Assembly: GCA_036339875.1 (NCBI GenBank)
Contig: JAYZAC010000098.1
Span: 1-11,447, forward strand
DNA: 11,447 nucleotides
Direction: 5' to 3'
Origin: a bacterium
GTDB taxonomy: Bacteria; Muiribacteriota; UBA6191
Both the position numbers and the translations under genes were made by a program. This document shows positions 7,744 to 11,447 of this stretch, in pieces. The notes beneath the pieces are model-generated. The model had not been told where the DNA came from. It saw only the letters and a list, made by a program, of their open reading frames with translations, and made no database searches. Position 1 is the stretch's first letter. Every line of letters starts with the position of its first letter.

Positions 7744-8818
7744 ACGAAAAGATTTTTCCCTGTAGCCAGACTTTGAGAAGCGCTCCCAAAACACCACAAC
7801 CCAAAATAATTAGAGTATAGATCATAGCGGTTTCTAAGAAGTCTGAAGTTTTTGCCTCAGCAGGTCTCTTTGCTCTATTATCGGTACCATTTTTCTTTAG
7901 TTTCTGGCGCTTTAATTTAGTTTGTTTTGCCTCGTCTAAACAACTATTTAGCCAATGCTTAAAAGTTTTTTTAGCTCCTCCAAACTTATGATATTTTTTG
8001 AGAAAATCCATGACTTCCTCAATGTGAGCAGGCCGTTTCTCTCTATCTGGAGCCATCAAAATAAGACATAGCTCTTCCATGACCTTCGGATCAAATTTTC
8101 CCGATTTTGGAAGTTTCTTTTTTTTCTCAAGAACCTGTACAATGCTATCTCTAGAGGAAAATTTAATCGGTAATTTACTAAAAAACATTTGATAAGTAAT
8201 TACACCGAGAGAGTATAAGTCGGAGCGCTGATCAAGGTCGTTCCAACGTCCTTCTATCTGTTCAGGAGCCATGTAATCTACCGTTCCCAAAACCGTTCCG
8301 GGAAGTGTTCTCTTGGTATCCATATCTCTTGCAACTCCGAAATCAATAAGCTTAATTTCTCCGGATGCAGTGATGAGAATATTTTCAGGCTTTAAATCTC
8401 GATGATAATAACCCTGTTGATGACATACCTGAAGTGCTACACACAACTCTCTAAGAATATAGAGTGCAACTTCCTCTGAAAATGGTGAGAATTTTTGAAT
8501 CAAGTATTGTAGTTCAAAACCATTAACATATTCCAAAATAATTGCATGTAGAGATTTTTCTAGGATTAACTCACAAACTTTAACAATATTTCTAGACTTA
8601 ACCTTACTAAGAATCTCAAATTCACTGGCGAATCGGTCACGCTTTTTTTTATCACGCAATAGTTCAGGATGAAGCACCTTCGCCACAAATGGCTTACCTT
8701 TGGAGTCTACAACCTTAAAAATGGATGCCATACCACCTTGTGCAATTGGCTTACCCTGAACTAGATATTCTCCGATCTGCTCAGGAAGTTGAGTTTGTAT
8801 TTGTTGAGTTTTGGACAT
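7742..8818 (-). CDS. Hanks-type serine/threonine protein kinase with a C-terminal transmembrane helix
   Basis: Glycine loop IAQGGMASIF, VAKVL lysine, RFASE helix-C glutamate, HRDLKPENILI catalytic loop, DFG, GTVDYMAPEQ and SDLYSLG. A Lys-rich linker is followed by hydrophobic MIYTLIILGCGVLGALL close to the C-terminus. Confidence 0.96.
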   Translation of the reverse strand: MSKTQQIQTQLPEQIGEYLVQGKPIAQGGMASIFKVVDSKGKPFVAKVLHPELLRDKKKRDRFASEFEILSKVKSRNIVKVCELILEKSLHAIILEYVNGFELQYLIQKFSPFSEEVALYILRELCVALQVCHQQGYYHRDLKPENILITASGEIKLIDFGVARDMDTKRTLPGTVLGTVDYMAPEQIEGRWNDLDQRSDLYSLGVITYQMFFSKLPIKFSSRDSIVQVLEKKKKLPKSGKFDPKVMEELCLILMAPDREKRPAHIEEVMDFLKKYHKFGGAKKTFKHWLNSCLDEAKQTKLKRQKLKKNGTDNRAKRPAEAKTSDFLETAMIYTLIILGCGVLGALLKVWLQGKIFS

Positions 8819-8825
8819 ATTAATA

Positions 8826-8860
8826 AATAAGGAGGTATTGACGTTAAGACCTTACTTATT
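8826..8860. repeat. 35-bp imperfect palindrome in the divergent kinase / C11 peptidase intergenic region
   Basis: AATAAGGAGGTATTGAC|GTTAAGACCTTACTTATT centred on ACGT (8841-8844): 14 Watson-Crick pairs, 2 G-T pairs, 1 mismatch and a 1-nt bulge (A8854), counted by hand. Confidence 0.7.
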
Positions 8861-8865
8861 ACAAT
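8838..8865 (+). promoter_or_regulatory. Putative sigma70 promoter for the C11 peptidase gene
   Basis: -35 TTGACG (8838-8843), 16-nt spacer, -10 TACAAT (8860-8865), each a 5/6 match to consensus, about 60 nt upstream of the ATG at 8925. RBS AGGAG at 8915-8919. Confidence 0.6.
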
Positions 8866-8924
8866 CGACACAATATTTCTATCAAAAAAGAAAAAGTGTG
8901 TAATTAAAAACCATAGGAGATCAA

Positions 8925-10163
8925 ATGCTAACATTAGTTGCTCGTCACATAATTATTATGCTTATCTCGCATTTACTTTTATTAAATCTTGTTAGTGCGC
9001 AACTCTCCTCCGAGTCCAATGATAAAAAAGAATGGACCTTCTTAATTTTTCTGAATGCAGACAATAATCTAGATCAATTCGGTGTAGGAGATGTAGAAGA
9101 GATGATGCAGGTTGGCAGTACTGATCAATTCAATATGGTAGTCCAATTCGACCGATCTGAAGGCGAACCCTGCAACCGATTATTCATAAATAAGGGAAGT
9201 TATGACATTGTCGAAGCAATGGGTGAATGTGATATGGGAAGTGCAGATGTTTTAACTGATTTTGTGGAATGGGGAGCACAGCATTATCCCGCAAAAAAAT
9301 ATGCAGTCGTGATCTGGAATCACGGTTCTGGTTGGAGCAAAAAACGAGGAAATACAATATTTAAAGGAATTTCCTATGACGATCAATCGGGGAATCACAT
9401 TACAACAGCACAACTCACGCCTGCCGTCGCTAAAATGCAGCAAAGCCTAGGACAAAAAGTTGATATTTTAGCTTTCGATGCATGTCTCATGCAGATGCTT
9501 GAAGTTTCCTATGCTGTGAAAGATCACGTGGATATTATGTTAGCTTCTGAAGATATTGAGCCTGGTGAGGGTTGGGCATATTACGAATCAATGGCTCCAA
9601 TTGCAGCTAATCCTGAAATGGGTCCCGCAGAGGTTGCTACCATGATTGTTGACACATATGACGAATCTTATGATGGGGGTAGTCAAGGAAATCGTGCTAC
9701 TACACAATCTTGGGTACGAATGTCTAAGATTGATAATTTGATCAATGCATTGAACGAAGCTTCAGCTACTCTAAATGGTAATTTCATCCAAGAAACGAAG
9801 AAAGCGATTAGTAAAGTTCAAAAGTTTTACTATCGAAGCAATATAGATTTAATACATTTCTTAAAGATTTTAGAACAACAGATAGCAGCCAATACGGATA
9901 CATCTCTTAGCGCTTTAAAATCACAACTATTAGATCAATTATCTTCAGCTAAAAATGCCGCTAATGATTTTGTTGGCCATTCAAAAGCGCACGGCTATAA
10001 CAAAAAAAATAGTTATGGTACTGCGATATACTTCCCTAGCCGAGGTTATAGCTTCAGCCAAAAATATACCAATCTGGACTTTGCCAAAGCCAGTCAGTGG
10101 GATGAAATGCTTCAAGCATTTTATCAAGCAAGTAAAACTCGTCCAGAAGATTTAGGGCTGTGA
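8925..10163 (+). CDS. Secreted clostripain-family cysteine peptidase (peptidase C11)
   Basis: Signal peptide ending LVSA, KEWTFLIFLNADNNLD, YPAKKYAVVIWNHGSGW (catalytic His), ILAFDACLMQMLEV (catalytic Cys) and ASEDIEPGEGWAY. AGGAG RBS upstream. Confidence 0.93.
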   Translation: MLTLVARHIIIMLISHLLLLNLVSAQLSSESNDKKEWTFLIFLNADNNLDQFGVGDVEEMMQVGSTDQFNMVVQFDRSEGEPCNRLFINKGSYDIVEAMGECDMGSADVLTDFVEWGAQHYPAKKYAVVIWNHGSGWSKKRGNTIFKGISYDDQSGNHITTAQLTPAVAKMQQSLGQKVDILAFDACLMQMLEVSYAVKDHVDIMLASEDIEPGEGWAYYESMAPIAANPEMGPAEVATMIVDTYDESYDGGSQGNRATTQSWVRMSKIDNLINALNEASATLNGNFIQETKKAISKVQKFYYRSNIDLIHFLKILEQQIAANTDTSLSALKSQLLDQLSSAKNAANDFVGHSKAHGYNKKNSYGTAIYFPSRGYSFSQKYTNLDFAKASQWDEMLQAFYQASKTRPEDLGL

Positions 10164-11036
10164 ATAAGTATCGCCAGTAACTTTTTGATCGAATCTAGCC
10201 TGATGAAGGAGAAATTCAATAACTTTGTGTTCCAATAGTTCAGATTCTACATCGTGTAGAATGTAATGAAACGAATCTTTGAGAGACACACGGTGAACAT
10301 TTGAAGATAAATTCAGGACAGTATCAAGACTGGCTGAGTAACTAGCTACGTGATCTTTGATGGAATGACTCCAAAAAATTGGGCATTCCACTCTACCACC
10401 ATTTACTACCTCATCTCGGAATTTAAGAAGTTCTACAACTGCTCTTAATGGAGAGTGCCGAAATCTAAATAAAGTTTGAACCCCTTTTAGGTTAGAGCAA
10501 TCTAAGTTTTTATTCGGGATAAATATACCTGAAGGCCAATTTTCTATTGAAGACAATAACCACTCGCCCAATGAACCAAAAGGTGAAGCTAAAGCAAAGA
10601 ACGGGGCTAACAATACAATACAACTCGGTTTACGTAATTGAGCTACTCTAATGGCAGTTAATCCACCTTTAGAAAATCCGACGATAAAAACTTTTTCATG
10701 TGTGGCAGACAGTTCATCATAAGCGCTGAGTGCTCTTTGCTCCCAATCCTGCCATCTAGAATTTTCAAATTCGTAAATAGATTTAACCGAACCCGTTAAC
10801 ATTGGTATACGGTAACTCCAACCATGTTCACGCCATTTTGAAAGCCACGGATTAAAAAGTTGCGGACATACACCAAATCCGTGAAGAGCCAAAATCCCAA
10901 TTCGTCCTTGACCCTGATACTGAATCATATTCCAGTGATGCTGATGTTTGAGATTACGTAATTCGCGCTCTTCACATGAGGCACGAAATTTGATTCCTAA
11001 GCTGATGAACAAAAGAAGTAAAAATAATTCACTCAT
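10152..11036 (-). CDS. Alpha/beta hydrolase (carboxylesterase / monoacylglycerol lipase-like) with an N-terminal hydrophobic anchor
   Basis: Oxyanion motif LALHGF, WQDW, nucleophile elbow VGFSKGG (GxSxG), acid in HSIKDHVA and catalytic His in DSFHYIL. N-terminal LFLLLLFISLGI. Its 3' end overlaps the C11 gene convergently by 12 bp. Confidence 0.88.
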   Translation of the reverse strand: MSELFLLLLFISLGIKFRASCEERELRNLKHQHHWNMIQYQGQGRIGILALHGFGVCPQLFNPWLSKWREHGWSYRIPMLTGSVKSIYEFENSRWQDWEQRALSAYDELSATHEKVFIVGFSKGGLTAIRVAQLRKPSCIVLLAPFFALASPFGSLGEWLLSSIENWPSGIFIPNKNLDCSNLKGVQTLFRFRHSPLRAVVELLKFRDEVVNGGRVECPIFWSHSIKDHVASYSASLDTVLNLSSNVHRVSLKDSFHYILHDVESELLEHKVIEFLLHQARFDQKVTGDTYSQP

Positions 11037-11063
11037 ACAAGAAAAGTAAGCACATAATTCACA

Positions 11064-11447
11064 CTATTCTTTCATTTTATGACGTGTTTTTTCTATTTGA
11101 CTCAAAATATCAGATGGTACGTCGGACTGCTGTTCAATACGTCTGAATATGTTTTCTACAGACTCAAAATTGCCCTGCACAAAATGTAACATAGCTAAGT
11201 TACAGAGAATTTTTGGGTTATCTGGTCTTGATCTTAAAATTTTCATAAAACATTTTTCAGCCTCATCAAATTGACGTAATTCAGCATAGGCTCGAGCCAA
11301 TAAATTCAAATTACGTAAAGTTTGATGTAAAGCGTTTGATTTTTTAAGAAGACTTATTACCTCTTTCCAAGTTTTATCGCGTGCCTTGTTTCGTGCTTCA
11401 TGAAAAAATTTATCCGCCTGCTCTCGTTTAGAGTTGGTGACATATTC
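11064..11447 (-). CDS. Tetratricopeptide repeat protein, 5'-truncated by the window edge
   Basis: The frame is open from 11447 (EYVTNSKREQADKFFHEARNKARDKTWKEVISLLKKSNALHQTLRNLNLLARAY...), so the TTG at 11309 is internal. TPR patterns LARAYAELRQFDEAEKCFMKILRSRPDN and ILCNLAMLHFVQGNFESVENIF. Confidence 0.85.
   Translation of the reverse strand, partial: EYVTNSKREQADKFFHEARNKARDKTWKEVISLLKKSNALHQTLRNLNLLARAYAELRQFDEAEKCFMKILRSRPDNPKILCNLAMLHFVQGNFESVENIFRRIEQQSDVPSDILSQIEKTRHKMKE

Noticed and set aside
8838..8903. 21-codon TTG-initiated mini-ORF after the perfect TAAGGAGGT
   Set aside because: The SD-to-start spacing is only 1 nt, and the TTG coincides with the predicted -35 box, upstream of the expected transcript start.
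9252..10155. ORFs 9252..9443(-) and 9955..10155(+)
   Set aside because: Both are nested in the C11 peptidase gene with no independent coding evidence.
1..11447. Mobile element, prophage or anti-phage defence island
   Set aside because: No transposase, integrase, phage, nuclease or NTPase motifs were seen. The housekeeping genes queG and ahcY are interspersed, and no frameshifted ORFs are evident.

Overview
AT-rich bacterial chromosomal window, densely coding, with no rRNA, tRNA, CRISPR array or mobile element visible. In order: the 3' part of an unknown multi-pass membrane protein coupled to queG (+); a three-gene minus-strand operon encoding a membrane-anchored protein with a DxNxDG motif and a Ser/Arg/Gly-rich tail, a membrane protein built from four DUF350-like repeats, and a secreted 883-aa metzincin-type zinc metalloprotease; divergent ahcY (short form) with a clear intrinsic terminator; a Hanks-type Ser/Thr kinase with a C-terminal membrane anchor (-); a divergent secreted clostripain-family (C11) peptidase (+); an alpha/beta hydrolase (-); and the 3' part of a TPR protein (-). 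The best candidate for an undescribed system is the tail protein / 4xDUF350 / metalloprotease operon, where a protease sits in the place usually taken by polyamine or glutathionylspermidine-synthase-like enzymes. A 35-bp palindrome between the kinase and the C11 peptidase is the most notable non-coding signal. All family assignments come from motif recognition by eye, not database searches.
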